Part shown: positions 52,407 through 61,488 of the stretch, piece after piece | Layout: each line of letters starts with the position of its first letter | How positions within the stretch are numbered: the first letter of the stretch is position 1 | Notes under the pieces: generated by a model | What the model saw: only the letters and a program-made list of their open reading frames with translations | Databases searched by the model: none | What the model was told of the DNA's origin: nothing | Made by a program: the position numbers and the translations under genes | Origin: a virus | Virus record (IMG/VR): IMGVR_UViG_3300009008_000005 | Coordinates: 96,001-160,000 of that record | Reading direction: 5' to 3' (one strand) | DNA length: 64,000 bases

Positions 52407-52909
52407 TATGAACCCCCACGCCTAGTGGTTAGGTAGTGATCGAAGTCCATGAGCTGGCTGAAGTCGCTGTACACACCTACGTTGCTTCCACCAGGACCCA
52501 TAGCCCTTGCGATGTTTTCCTTTACGATGAAGTTTTGCTTCTTCTGCTCGTACTCGGACTGGAACTTCTGAGTGAGGTTCAAGTACATAGAAGCATGATC
52601 CGACTGATTCACCTGTACTCCTTGCCCGTCAGAGTAGGTGAGGTGGTTACGGGCCTGCAGGATTGCCTCTGATGTGAGCAGGTGCCACATCGTTCCAATC
52701 ATGAGTAGGTAGGTGAAGGGGAAGTTCTCCAAGGTGAATGTAAGTCCAGGGGGTGCGGAGAGGTTGATATCCTCTAGCGTAGCCATGACACACATGGCAA
52801 TGGTCCGGTCCCCGTGCTCAACCCCTTCAATAAGGCGGTTCAGAGAAGGAAAGTCCCGCATGTACGCACGTACGAGCTGGACGATTTCTTCTAATTTAGA
52901 GACGGCCAC
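52406..52909 (-). CDS. putative head-tail adaptor
   Basis: Helical ~170 aa protein two genes after the MCP. Confidence 0.5.
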   Translation of the reverse strand: MAVSKLEEIVQLVRAYMRDFPSLNRLIEGVEHGDRTIAMCVMATLEDINLSAPPGLTFTLENFPFTYLLMIGTMWHLLTSEAILQARNHLTYSDGQGVQVNQSDHASMYLNLTQKFQSEYEQKKQNFIVKENIARAMGPGGSNVGVYSDFSQLMDFDHYLTTRRGGS

Positions 52910-52921
52910 AGTGCCCCCTGA

Positions 52922-53584
52922 CTAAATAAGTTCCATGTCGATGGCGAGATCGACCAGCTTACGCTTGGTCTTACCCTTGGTATCCTCTTTGTCTACTCCC
53001 ATATCGATGAGCCATGTGATGAGATCATCCTTGCGCTTCTTGTTCAGATCGGAGGCTGTGAGCCTGGGCTCCTCTTCCTCCAACTCCTCAACTTCTTCTT
53101 CTTCTACTTCCTCGACTACCTCTTCTACTTCCTCTACAGGCTCCACTTCCCACGCCTCATCAACGTCGGGGGTAGAGGGGTCATCAGCCTTGAACGTACC
53201 GTCCTCTTCGTGGGCACGTACAGGGACAACCACGGTAGCTTCAGGCTGTACTTCGTCCACAGTGGGATTCAACTCAGGTGGCAGCTCCTTTGCGGGCTGG
53301 CCTACGGGGGACTTCTTTCCTTCTGTCTCTGTCTGCACAACCTTACCGTCTACAACCGTATGCACGTGCAGGACACCGCTCTTTGAAGCTGTGTCGATAA
53401 CAGCCCGCCACTTCTTGTAGAAGGGTTCACCTACAGACATAGAAGTACCTGGCCCAAAAGACAGTGGCCCTACACGGATCGACCCGAGGTGAATCAACGA
53501 CCGAAGCGACGGGAACTTCAGCATGTTGTGCTTCATCTCACGGGTGATGACCGTGGGAGTAGTCAGGATATACTTGGTTCCCAT
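52922..53584 (-). CDS. acidic protein with C-terminal HeH/Rho-N-like helical domain
   Basis: LTASDLNKKRKDDLITWLIDMGV...KGKTKRKLVDL. Confidence 0.65.
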   Translation of the reverse strand: MGTKYILTTPTVITREMKHNMLKFPSLRSLIHLGSIRVGPLSFGPGTSMSVGEPFYKKWRAVIDTASKSGVLHVHTVVDGKVVQTETEGKKSPVGQPAKELPPELNPTVDEVQPEATVVVPVRAHEEDGTFKADDPSTPDVDEAWEVEPVEEVEEVVEEVEEEEVEELEEEEPRLTASDLNKKRKDDLITWLIDMGVDKEDTKGKTKRKLVDLAIDMELI

Positions 53585-53626
53585 GGTTACCCTCTCAGCG
53601 TAGTTTCAAACAGTCGAACACTTGGA

Positions 53627-53657
53627 CCCCGGGCAGACCGAAAGGAGCTACCCGGGG
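53627..53657 (-). terminator. stem-loop after the MCP gene (terminator or mRNA-stabilising)
   Basis: CCCCGGG...CCCGGGG hairpin. Confidence 0.5.
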
Positions 53658-53671
53658 CAGGTCAATCAACC

Positions 53672-54802
53672 CTAGTAAAGGGTGATCTGCGGGTACGTAT
53701 ACCCATCATAGGCCTGGTTGTTCACCGCACCGAGGTCTTCCTCAGCACCAGGTGCAACCTCATCAGCGTATCCAGCAAGATCGTAGCCAGTGGTGTCACC
53801 GGAGATCAGCTCCAGGCGGCAGACGGCTGCGATGTTGGCGAGACCCATGCCGATGTTCTCCCAACCCCAGAAGGAGATCTTCCGTGCTTCCTTCTTCACC
53901 CAGAACTTCACGTTGTCCAGGATGTAGGAACGCCCGAAGAACTCGGGGGAGGTGAAGCCGTAGATCAGGGAGTCGTTGAGAACGTCGCCCTTCAGGGAGG
54001 TGACGATCTTGTATCCAAGTACGGTGTTGTACTTGTAACCCTGAACCATGACCTCTCCGGTCAGCTTCTCGCCGAGGTCGGCGGAGGTGAGCTGTCCGAA
54101 GTCCTGGAAGGTGTGCTCAGTCATGAGGACACGGTCCAGGCGCAGAGCCTTACCTGCACGGGTGAACAGCTTCGAGAGACGGCCAATGTCCTGCCTCTGG
54201 AGAGGATGGACTTCGTCGTCATCTGCGACTGCTGCACGGGCCAGCTCGCCCTTCGCAATGGAATCCTCGACCACGAGACCGGCCTGGATGTCCGAAGCAC
54301 GAAGAGGGATCGCACCGTTGGTGAGGGTGTGCTTCTGCACGACGGCGGAGTTCACGTGGAGCAGGAAGTAGCGATCCTCGACCGCCTGGATGTCCTTTAC
54401 CACGTTGTTCTTGATCACGTCAGTGATCGGGTAGGTGTAAGTCCGAAGCTCCTCAGTGAAGCCTTCCCACTTCAGCGAGCTGATGGTGTGGAAGGTGACC
54501 GCCATGCGGGGTCCCTTGATGAGCTTGGGGTCGGGCTCGCCACGGAACGAGATCGACATTGCGTACGAGCCGGGCTCGATGTCGACGATCTTGTAGACCG
54601 TGTCGTGCTCAAGAGACCGCTGGCACTCGGCCACGGTGACGCCCTTCGGGGGAAGAATCTTCCGTGCGAAGGACAGTTCCTTGAGCTTATCCCGGATATA
54701 AGCAGCACCGGCCGCAGCCAGCTTCTCACGGTCATCAGGGCTGTCTGCCTTGTTGACGAAAAGCTCGTTGAGGACGTTAGCGGGCATGTTCTGGAAACTC
54801 AT
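53672..54802 (-). CDS. major capsid protein (HK97 fold)
   Basis: 376 aa, strongest GC3 bias, follows scaffold-like and decoration genes; DVIKNNVVKDIQAVEDRYFL backbone-helix pattern. Confidence 0.8.
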   Translation of the reverse strand: MSFQNMPANVLNELFVNKADSPDDREKLAAAGAAYIRDKLKELSFARKILPPKGVTVAECQRSLEHDTVYKIVDIEPGSYAMSISFRGEPDPKLIKGPRMAVTFHTISSLKWEGFTEELRTYTYPITDVIKNNVVKDIQAVEDRYFLLHVNSAVVQKHTLTNGAIPLRASDIQAGLVVEDSIAKGELARAAVADDDEVHPLQRQDIGRLSKLFTRAGKALRLDRVLMTEHTFQDFGQLTSADLGEKLTGEVMVQGYKYNTVLGYKIVTSLKGDVLNDSLIYGFTSPEFFGRSYILDNVKFWVKKEARKISFWGWENIGMGLANIAAVCRLELISGDTTGYDLAGYADEVAPGAEEDLGAVNNQAYDGYTYPQITLY

Positions 54803-54814
54803 CGTTGGACCTCC

Positions 54815-55444
54815 TTACTCGCCCGCCGGGGTGGTGATGGATTTCTTGAGCGGCGTCGAGTAAATCTCGGCCTGAAGTACTGCACCAGTCGCCGCAACGG
54901 AACTGGTCGCAACACCCACAACCCAAAGCTCGTACTCTGTCGCCAGGTCAAGTCCGCCTGCCCCGATCAGCTCTGTGCCGACGAACGGGAAGAGGACACC
55001 CTTGCATCCGGTATAACCGATGCCTGCAGTGCCGCCCCACGTGGCGTCAACGCCGTTGAAGAAGGCAACGCACAGCTCATCGCCTGCGTTCACAGCTGAG
55101 TCTGCTGCCCAGACCCAGAACTGACCTTCAAGAATTCCCTCTGTCAGAAGCGGAATCTTGTTCACGCTCTGAATGTCGAGGGAGCCCCGCTCGGAGAAGA
55201 CGCACTTCGGCATCTCCAGAGCCTCCGCCTGACCGGCGAAGACTACATCCAGCAGAGAGACCGTGGGCCGCTTACACCCGGCCTGAGTCCGGAGCACGAA
55301 TTCTCCGATGTCGACATACGCCGCATCGAGGGGATCCGTGGAGACCGTGTCCTCAGGGTAGAAGTCCTTGATCCTTGCTTTGAGGATCGAGGTCATGAGG
55401 CGCAGCGACCGACCTTTGTCCTTGTACTGTCCGTAAATTGCCAT
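54815..55444 (-). CDS. putative head decoration/minor capsid protein
   Basis: Immediately upstream of the MCP, beta-rich, highly biased codons. Confidence 0.55.
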   Translation of the reverse strand: MAIYGQYKDKGRSLRLMTSILKARIKDFYPEDTVSTDPLDAAYVDIGEFVLRTQAGCKRPTVSLLDVVFAGQAEALEMPKCVFSERGSLDIQSVNKIPLLTEGILEGQFWVWAADSAVNAGDELCVAFFNGVDATWGGTAGIGYTGCKGVLFPFVGTELIGAGGLDLATEYELWVVGVATSSVAATGAVLQAEIYSTPLKKSITTPAGE

Positions 55445-55455
55445 TAGTGTTCCTC

Positions 55456-55782
55456 CTACTTCAGCAATTCTGCAGTCAGGGGATCGGTACTAGCGCTGGC
55501 TCCCTCATCGGGAGTTACGCTGGAGAAGTCCCCAAGATTCATGTTCAGCGCTTCAGACATCAGGTTCAGATCCTTGCCCGAATCCATGAGTGCAGCAACC
55601 TTATCCTTATGTGGTACATCAGGATCTACAAGGCCCTGCGACTCCATCCGAGCTACCAGCTCTTCTGCCTGCGCAACCTTCTCATTATGGGCGACCTTCT
55701 CACGAAGAAACTGAATCTCTTTGGATGCGCTCCGCAGAGCTACAGCTACTTTTTCAAACAGTGCGGTGTCCTGGGCGCTCAT
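55456..55782 (-). CDS. putative scaffolding-related protein
   Basis: Helical, KVA motifs, upstream of decoration/MCP. Confidence 0.55.
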   Translation of the reverse strand: MSAQDTALFEKVAVALRSASKEIQFLREKVAHNEKVAQAEELVARMESQGLVDPDVPHKDKVAALMDSGKDLNLMSEALNMNLGDFSSVTPDEGASASTDPLTAELLK

Positions 55783-56261
55783 CGCTCTCCTCCCTTACCA
55801 AGAATGTCACTTAGTGTGCGGGGAGAGGACGGAGCAGGAGCGGAAGTTGCTACCTTTTCCTTACTGGCAGCTACCCACGACTCGATGACCGACTTCACCT
55901 TAGCCTGCTTTTCCTTGTCCTCATCGGACTGGACGCCAGGCACCAGCTGGGCGATCTTCTGCATCGTGGACTCCCTAAGCTCGTCATCCGACTTGTCATC
56001 CACGTCCTCGTCCTCAGGGACTTCGTCGGTCGGGATGGCAGCGAGCTTCTGACGAAGCAGCTGCTGGATATCGAGTTCAGGAGTTCCCTCCTCTTCACCT
56101 AGATCTGCCTCCCCACCACTAGCCAATGTTTCCATGGCCTCAGCGAGCTTCTCGATCTCTTCGAGGTCGAGGGAGGTATCTCCATCTGAAGATGAGGTGT
56201 CTTCCGGCTCCACCAGTCCACCCAGCTCCTGCTGGAGCATGTCATGTAGGGAACCACTCAT
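55779..56261 (-). CDS. acidic head-module protein
   Basis: GGAGG SD; KLA/KIA motifs. Confidence 0.7.
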   Translation of the reverse strand: MSGSLHDMLQQELGGLVEPEDTSSSDGDTSLDLEEIEKLAEAMETLASGGEADLGEEEGTPELDIQQLLRQKLAAIPTDEVPEDEDVDDKSDDELRESTMQKIAQLVPGVQSDEDKEKQAKVKSVIESWVAASKEKVATSAPAPSSPRTLSDILGKGGER

Positions 56262-56300
56262 CTTGGCCTCCTAGTGTGGTGGTTGGTGGACATAGGTTTC

Positions 56301-56594
56301 TTACTCACCCTCGATGGCGTCCACGACGGAATCAGGGTCGTACCCTGCGTCATCGATCATCTCCAGGGCACGGACGTTCAGAGCGTTATCGAACTCTTCG
56401 CCCTCACCGCCGCCAGCCTCGGCCTGCTCCAGGTTCTCCGCAGCGACCTTCAGCATCTCCTCTGCACGGGCGTATGCGAGCTTCTCGAAGGCCGAAGCCT
56501 CCTTCTGCATCTCGCCACCTTCGAGGATCTGAGAAGCGATCTTCTCCAGCTGCTCCATTCCGTCTTCGCCTACCAGGTCATACAGTACAGTCAT
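56301..56594 (-). CDS. acidic head-module protein carrying the ALNVRALE repeat
   Basis: GGAGGA SD; repeat shared with the two upstream genes. Confidence 0.75.
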   Translation of the reverse strand: MTVLYDLVGEDGMEQLEKIASQILEGGEMQKEASAFEKLAYARAEEMLKVAAENLEQAEAGGGEGEEFDNALNVRALEMIDDAGYDPDSVVDAIEGE

Positions 56595-56608
56595 CTCGTC
56601 CTCCTCAG

Positions 56609-57529
56609 TTACTTACGCAGTTTCGCAAGAATCTCTTGCTCGCTCTTACCGATACCCTTCTGTCCCTTAGCCGCACGTCCCTTTGCTGCACGGGCGTGGA
56701 TTCCACGATTCATCGCAGAAGATCCGTAACCAAGGGCTCCACCTGCGGCTGCTCCACCGAGTCCTCCGAGGATAGCCTTCAGGGCCTTACCCTTAGCTGA
56801 TCCACCGCCTGCGTGAGCGCCCAGGACACCACCGAGCGTAGCACCGGAAATCGTAGGAGTGATAGCGTTGGTCAGGTACCTGGAGATGGGATAGGTCTTC
56901 TCGCCTTCCTCGGCCACCTTCACACGGCCGATAAGGTCGTCGACATCCCAGCCCGCCTCAGCCAGCTTCTCAAGAGCACGGACGTTCAGAGCGTCGTCCA
57001 GCTGTCCCTCGTCGGCCTCTTCGCCACGCTCTTCGCCGGTCGAAGGGTCGTAGCCAGCTGCGTCGAGGATCTCAAGGGCACGATCATCGGCGAGCTTCTC
57101 GAAGGAAGAGGCAGTCTTCTCTACACCATGGGTAGAGATGTAGGCCTGTGCGAGTTTCTCCGCAGCTTCCTCATGTCCGTTATCATAGAGGGCCTGGAGA
57201 GCATCACGGGTCTCGTAGTCGACCTCGATCTGGTCTTCGTACATCGTCTCTTCTCCACTTGCGATCTTCTGTAGTTCGGTCCAAACCTCTGCGGCCATTT
57301 CCTTGGGAGAAGCTACCTTCTCCTGGTTCTCATCCTCTTCCAGGAGGCCCTGCTCACGGAGGTCCTCCACCACGGACTGCTCCAGAAGCTCCTTCTGGTC
57401 GTCCGACAGCTTTGTGATGTCCACTCCATACTGGCCTGCGAGCTTGTCGATGAAAGTGTCCTCGCTCGCCGTCTTCTGGAGTTCTTCCTTCCCTGCTCCC
57501 CAGATTGCGGTCATGATGTCTTCACTCAT
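56609..57529 (-). CDS. scaffold-like acidic protein with ALNVRALE repeats and Gly-rich C-terminus
   Basis: GAGGAGG SD. Confidence 0.75.
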   Translation of the reverse strand: MSEDIMTAIWGAGKEELQKTASEDTFIDKLAGQYGVDITKLSDDQKELLEQSVVEDLREQGLLEEDENQEKVASPKEMAAEVWTELQKIASGEETMYEDQIEVDYETRDALQALYDNGHEEAAEKLAQAYISTHGVEKTASSFEKLADDRALEILDAAGYDPSTGEERGEEADEGQLDDALNVRALEKLAEAGWDVDDLIGRVKVAEEGEKTYPISRYLTNAITPTISGATLGGVLGAHAGGGSAKGKALKAILGGLGGAAAGGALGYGSSAMNRGIHARAAKGRAAKGQKGIGKSEQEILAKLRK

Positions 57530-57543
57530 TTCCCTAGTCCTCC

Positions 57544-58158
57544 TCAGTTAGTGCCGTAGTCAGGGTGCTTCGGAGCCCAAGACTTCTTACCAGAAGAATT
57601 TGGTCCTAGATTTGGTGTTGCCGTGATTTTATGCTTGTTGGGCATGTACTTTCCCTTCGATGCCATGGTGACACCCTGTGCAGGAATCCTCACACCCATC
57701 TGTGGATACTTCGCAGCTTCTTTCATCAGAATTGATGCCACCTTCTCAGCGTCGTACCCGGCGTCATCGATCATCTCAAGAGCCCTGACGTTCAGAGCAT
57801 CCTCAAAGGGCTCCGATTCCTCGGCACCCTCCAAATTCTCTACGGCCACCTTCATCAGCTCTTCCGCACGAGCGTAAGCGAGCTTCTCGAAGTTGGCATC
57901 GGCTGCGAACTTCATGCGGTGGACAGAAGTGCCTGTGTTCACGAATTGTCCCCGCTTCTCGTCCTTGTCATTCTTGGGGGGCATCTTCGTGCACATGTCT
58001 GCCAGACCCTGGATCGCACTAGGCATCGGAGTCGAAGGACTTTCCTTCGGACTGCCACTGGTTCCAGTGACAGCAATTTTCTCCAGCCTTTCCTGGGCCA
58101 TCTTTTCGAGGGCATCAAGACCCTCTTCGGTGTACAGCTCCGTGAGCTTGGAACTCAT
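57544..58158 (-). CDS. head-module protein with ALNVRALE repeat
   Basis: GAGGAGGT SD; downstream of a sigma70-like promoter. Confidence 0.75.
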   Translation of the reverse strand: MSSKLTELYTEEGLDALEKMAQERLEKIAVTGTSGSPKESPSTPMPSAIQGLADMCTKMPPKNDKDEKRGQFVNTGTSVHRMKFAADANFEKLAYARAEELMKVAVENLEGAEESEPFEDALNVRALEMIDDAGYDAEKVASILMKEAAKYPQMGVRIPAQGVTMASKGKYMPNKHKITATPNLGPNSSGKKSWAPKHPDYGTN

Positions 58159-58266
58159 GCGGACCTCCTCTACAAAGTTTAGTGGAATTCTTCGTCGTAG
58201 ATCGGAACCCGTATTACAAGTTCCATTGGGGGCCTACCTTCCGGTCACTACGGCCCAGGAGTCCTT

Positions 58267-58296
58267 AGCATACAACCTACACCACAAATCTGGCAA
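58267..58296 (-). promoter_or_regulatory. sigma70-like promoter TTGCCA-N18-TATGCT
   Basis: At the protease 3' end, upstream of the scaffold/capsid operon. Confidence 0.5.
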
Positions 58297-60913
58297 GTCG
58301 GGACAAGACACTTTTTATTGCGTCCGAATTAGCTGCTGCCCCAGCCACGGTGGAGGTAGTTAGCACAGGATGGTGTGCTACGAACTTCTCTAGTGGATTC
58401 AAGGACATGTGCTTCTTCTCTTTCGTACGCAGGTGAGCGCTGTATAGGTAAACAAGAGGTAGGAGAGCTGCCCACCAAGGCACAGAACCTGCCGCTTCTT
58501 TATGTAGGTGAGAGGTTTTTATTTTCCCACCCTGTAGGACTCTAGCGATGCTATTCAAGAGATTCATCCTGTAATCCATGTACAGGGAGCTAAGTAACTT
58601 TTCCTGTCCCCCACCCAGAGGGAGAGAGGTGCCCATGGGGTGGGCATTGGACAAGATAGTGATCCTATTGACGATGCAAGGTGTGCTAGCTGCACGTCCC
58701 TGCATGAAGTCTGAAGGTAGATTGAATCCGAATCCCGTAGGGCCTGGGCTGAGTACCCTAGCCCCTAGGGGAGAACCAATCGGACGGAAGACAGTATTTC
58801 GCCGAAATAGTGACTCCGCTAGAGACGGGCTCTTCTTGGCTGTGATCAGGAACTGGAACTCCGAAGGCTTGGCTACTACACCCTGGTCAGCCAGTAAACC
58901 TAGTGCGTCCCCAACATCATACTTACACAGCCTGCGGAGAGCAGGTAGCGGGAGATCCTGTTCCTTATCGAAGATCGGGCCCAGGTGTTCCGATAGCTCC
59001 GGGATCTCTTTGACGATAGTAGAAACCTTCGCCGCAGCCACCTTAGGTGCTGCTAGAGACGCAGCTACCTTCTCCAATACGAAGGAAGTCTTGTCTGCGC
59101 CGACCATGACGAAGGAGATGTCGAAGAATCTTGGGTTCGGGTTATAGACGAAGACCTTGCGTCCGTCAGGGAGCACCTGATTCATCTGGTTGAGTGCGTG
59201 CCTACAGTAGTCCTTACGGGTCTTCGACTTGTTGCCACAGATGGAGCAGGTATCGTACTTGACCTTACAGTTGTGGACTGCGGTGCGAGCAGCTACATAA
59301 CTCTCGTCACCCTCAACGGAGAAGTTGTAGACGTCCCCTACCCATTCTGGGTCTTCCGAGATATCCCTGACCTTCGAGATCAGGTACTTGGTGCCTTCGT
59401 GGGTCAAGAAGAATCTGCGTGAGTTCAAAGCCCTCCCACGGTGTACGGGCTTCCTCGTCAAGTGCGACAACTTCCAAGAAGTGTCAGTACCAACCCAGAC
59501 CTGATACTCCACTGTCTCGATGTTGACTAGGTCGTTCGGCTTGTGGTGGTTTACATTGATGCTGGCCTTCATCTCGCAGCGTGCCAGCATCGTGAATAGC
59601 TGCTCGGCCAGGGACTTGTTGCAAGTAGAGTAGTAGAGGGAGCCCTTGTAGGCCCCGCCATCACCGTTGGCATACGCACCTAGGAACACGGCCTGTGCCT
59701 CTGGTGGTGCGTGCATGATGTCAAGGCCGAGACGCTTTTCATGCGCACCTCGCCCAACATGTGTATTGCAGAGGTGGGCAATACCGGCGTCGTACAGATA
59801 GGCCGAGTACGCTGCGGCTCCCTCACGTGGACGCCAACCTACTACGTTACGGATACCCATCCGCTCACGCAGTTCATCCAACTCCTCGATGATGTACATA
59901 TCATCCTCGGACAAGGTGAACTCTACCCCACAGGGTAGATGGTTCTTGTCCCACAGGATGTGCCCCTCTGCTGCGTAGTAACCGAGAAAACGCATTTGGT
60001 CGTGGGTGAGTACGTCTCGCTCTTCGGAGGGGATAGGGAACCCTACGTAATCCCCCACCTCCAGCTCATCCGCTCTCTTCCAGGAAAACGAAGCAGCTAT
60101 GCTAGTCCTAGTACACCCCTCGCATGTCCCACGTAGGGTGTTCAAGCTAGGGGCGCACACAGTTTTTACCCTCTGCCCACCCTTTGAGGGCTTACCCCCA
60201 CACCGTAGCTCGGATGAACCCAACACCCAATACGGATGCTCCTCGGTGACCTCTACCTCCGGACACCCATCAATCTTGACGTGCAGCTTACCTGTATGCT
60301 GGTGAGACATTACATCGGTCACAGCAGCAGACGCACCAGTATGGGTGAGTACGAGATCCCCCACCCGAATCTCCTCAATGGGGCGAAGAGACCCGTCCTC
60401 CATAGTAATGTCTGTACCAGCCGTGAAACAGCCCATGGAGACAGGGACATGCTCACCCTTCTCCAGAGCTTCAACCAAGGACTCATGTCCTACGTCACGG
60501 GCCTTCTTCTTATCTACTTCGATGACAAGCTCTACCCGGTGCATCTCCGGATTATAGATGGCTAGCACCACGCTGCCGAGGCTCTTCGCCTTATCCTTAT
60601 TTACATGGTGCCTATACACACCTGCGAGGGGGAAGGTCGTGTATCCGTATCTGGAATCGGGGTTGAGGAGTTCCTTCTCTTCGAAGTAGTCCCCATTGAC
60701 ATTGGCCCCGTAGTACTCACCTGCCCCCAGAGCTGAAACGATGACATAGATCTTGTTCGGGGACTTCTTCAGGTTGTCCAGGAACTTCTTCAGCTTAGGG
60801 TGATACTTCTTAGCTGCGGCCAGCTTCAACAGAGGCTCACCAGGAGCATAGGCCTCTGTGAAGATCTGTCCTGTTTCCGGGTCCATCCCCGGGAAATGAA
60901 GTTCCTTGTACAT
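58277..60913 (-). CDS. putative prohead (capsid maturation) protease containing an intein
   Basis: Start MYKELHF; VYRHH...VSMGC candidate His/Ser motifs; position between terminase and capsid genes. Confidence 0.6.
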   Translation of the reverse strand: MYKELHFPGMDPETGQIFTEAYAPGEPLLKLAAAKKYHPKLKKFLDNLKKSPNKIYVIVSALGAGEYYGANVNGDYFEEKELLNPDSRYGYTTFPLAGVYRHHVNKDKAKSLGSVVLAIYNPEMHRVELVIEVDKKKARDVGHESLVEALEKGEHVPVSMGCFTAGTDITMEDGSLRPIEEIRVGDLVLTHTGASAAVTDVMSHQHTGKLHVKIDGCPEVEVTEEHPYWVLGSSELRCGGKPSKGGQRVKTVCAPSLNTLRGTCEGCTRTSIAASFSWKRADELEVGDYVGFPIPSEERDVLTHDQMRFLGYYAAEGHILWDKNHLPCGVEFTLSEDDMYIIEELDELRERMGIRNVVGWRPREGAAAYSAYLYDAGIAHLCNTHVGRGAHEKRLGLDIMHAPPEAQAVFLGAYANGDGGAYKGSLYYSTCNKSLAEQLFTMLARCEMKASINVNHHKPNDLVNIETVEYQVWVGTDTSWKLSHLTRKPVHRGRALNSRRFFLTHEGTKYLISKVRDISEDPEWVGDVYNFSVEGDESYVAARTAVHNCKVKYDTCSICGNKSKTRKDYCRHALNQMNQVLPDGRKVFVYNPNPRFFDISFVMVGADKTSFVLEKVAASLAAPKVAAAKVSTIVKEIPELSEHLGPIFDKEQDLPLPALRRLCKYDVGDALGLLADQGVVAKPSEFQFLITAKKSPSLAESLFRRNTVFRPIGSPLGARVLSPGPTGFGFNLPSDFMQGRAASTPCIVNRITILSNAHPMGTSLPLGGGQEKLLSSLYMDYRMNLLNSIARVLQGGKIKTSHLHKEAAGSVPWWAALLPLVYLYSAHLRTKEKKHMSLNPLEKFVAHHPVLTTSTVAGAAANSDAIKSVLSRLARFVV
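58795..58809. repeat. TATTTC-N3-GAAATA palindrome
   Basis: TATTTCGCCGAAATA, read in a different frame (LFRRN) from other coding copies (YFxEI). Confidence 0.8.
59270..60430 (-). mobile_element. intein with LAGLIDADG homing endonuclease (387 aa)
   Basis: N-terminal CFTAGT; block B VTEEHPYW; DOD FLGYYAAEG and FLGAYANGDG; C-terminal VYNFSVEGDESYVA...VHN followed by +1 Cys. Confidence 0.92.
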
Positions 60914-60914
60914 G

Positions 60915-61487
60915 CTAGACCAGCCCCATCTCCATGACGCCCCTGATGGAACTCGGGATACTCTTGATGTACTCACCCTTACCGTGAGACCTGCTCTTCG
61001 CATCCATCAGGTTCTTCTGGATCTGGCTCAAGGACGATACGTCAGCCATGGGCAGTCCGATGTCCTTGAAGTCCTTCATCCTACGTACGAAGGCACCTGC
61101 GGCAAGAGGATCCTTAGATACCTCGGGGGAGAACCTACGTAGAGTCTTGAAGTACTTCTCTGTGGCCTTCGGGGTCTTGGCGAGATCAGGGTTGCCCTTC
61201 AGCATGCCCTTGTACGAAGAACGATACTTCAGCTTGTCTTCTACCGCATCCACTCCAGATGCTGCAGCTCCAAGACCTACACCGAGGCCACCACCTACAG
61301 CAGCCGCACCCAACGCACGACGCCAGGGGCTCTTCGCAGCCTTGTCTGCCTTCTGCATCTCGGAAAGCACCTTATGGATCTTCTCCATGCCTTTGGTCAT
61401 AGGCCCATTGAAGATCTGCGACCAGGTAGGACCGGCTGTCTTATCGAAAGCTGCCCTCGCATGTAGCAAATTCTGGGAGGTAATCAT
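60915..61487 (-). CDS. head-module protein with Gly-rich hydrophobic segment
   Basis: Start MITSQ; ALGAAAVGGGLGVGLGAAA. Confidence 0.7.
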   Translation of the reverse strand: MITSQNLLHARAAFDKTAGPTWSQIFNGPMTKGMEKIHKVLSEMQKADKAAKSPWRRALGAAAVGGGLGVGLGAAASGVDAVEDKLKYRSSYKGMLKGNPDLAKTPKATEKYFKTLRRFSPEVSKDPLAAGAFVRRMKDFKDIGLPMADVSSLSQIQKNLMDAKSRSHGKGEYIKSIPSSIRGVMEMGLV

Positions 61488-61488
61488 C

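Noticed and set aside
53489-55099. 536-aa plus-strand ORF, and similar long antisense ORFs at 32157..33314, 33641..34864 and 28236..29480
   Set aside because: These are antisense shadows of strongly GC3-biased genes (MCP, E2, JAB, AP2 protein); they have no SD and no recognisable motifs.
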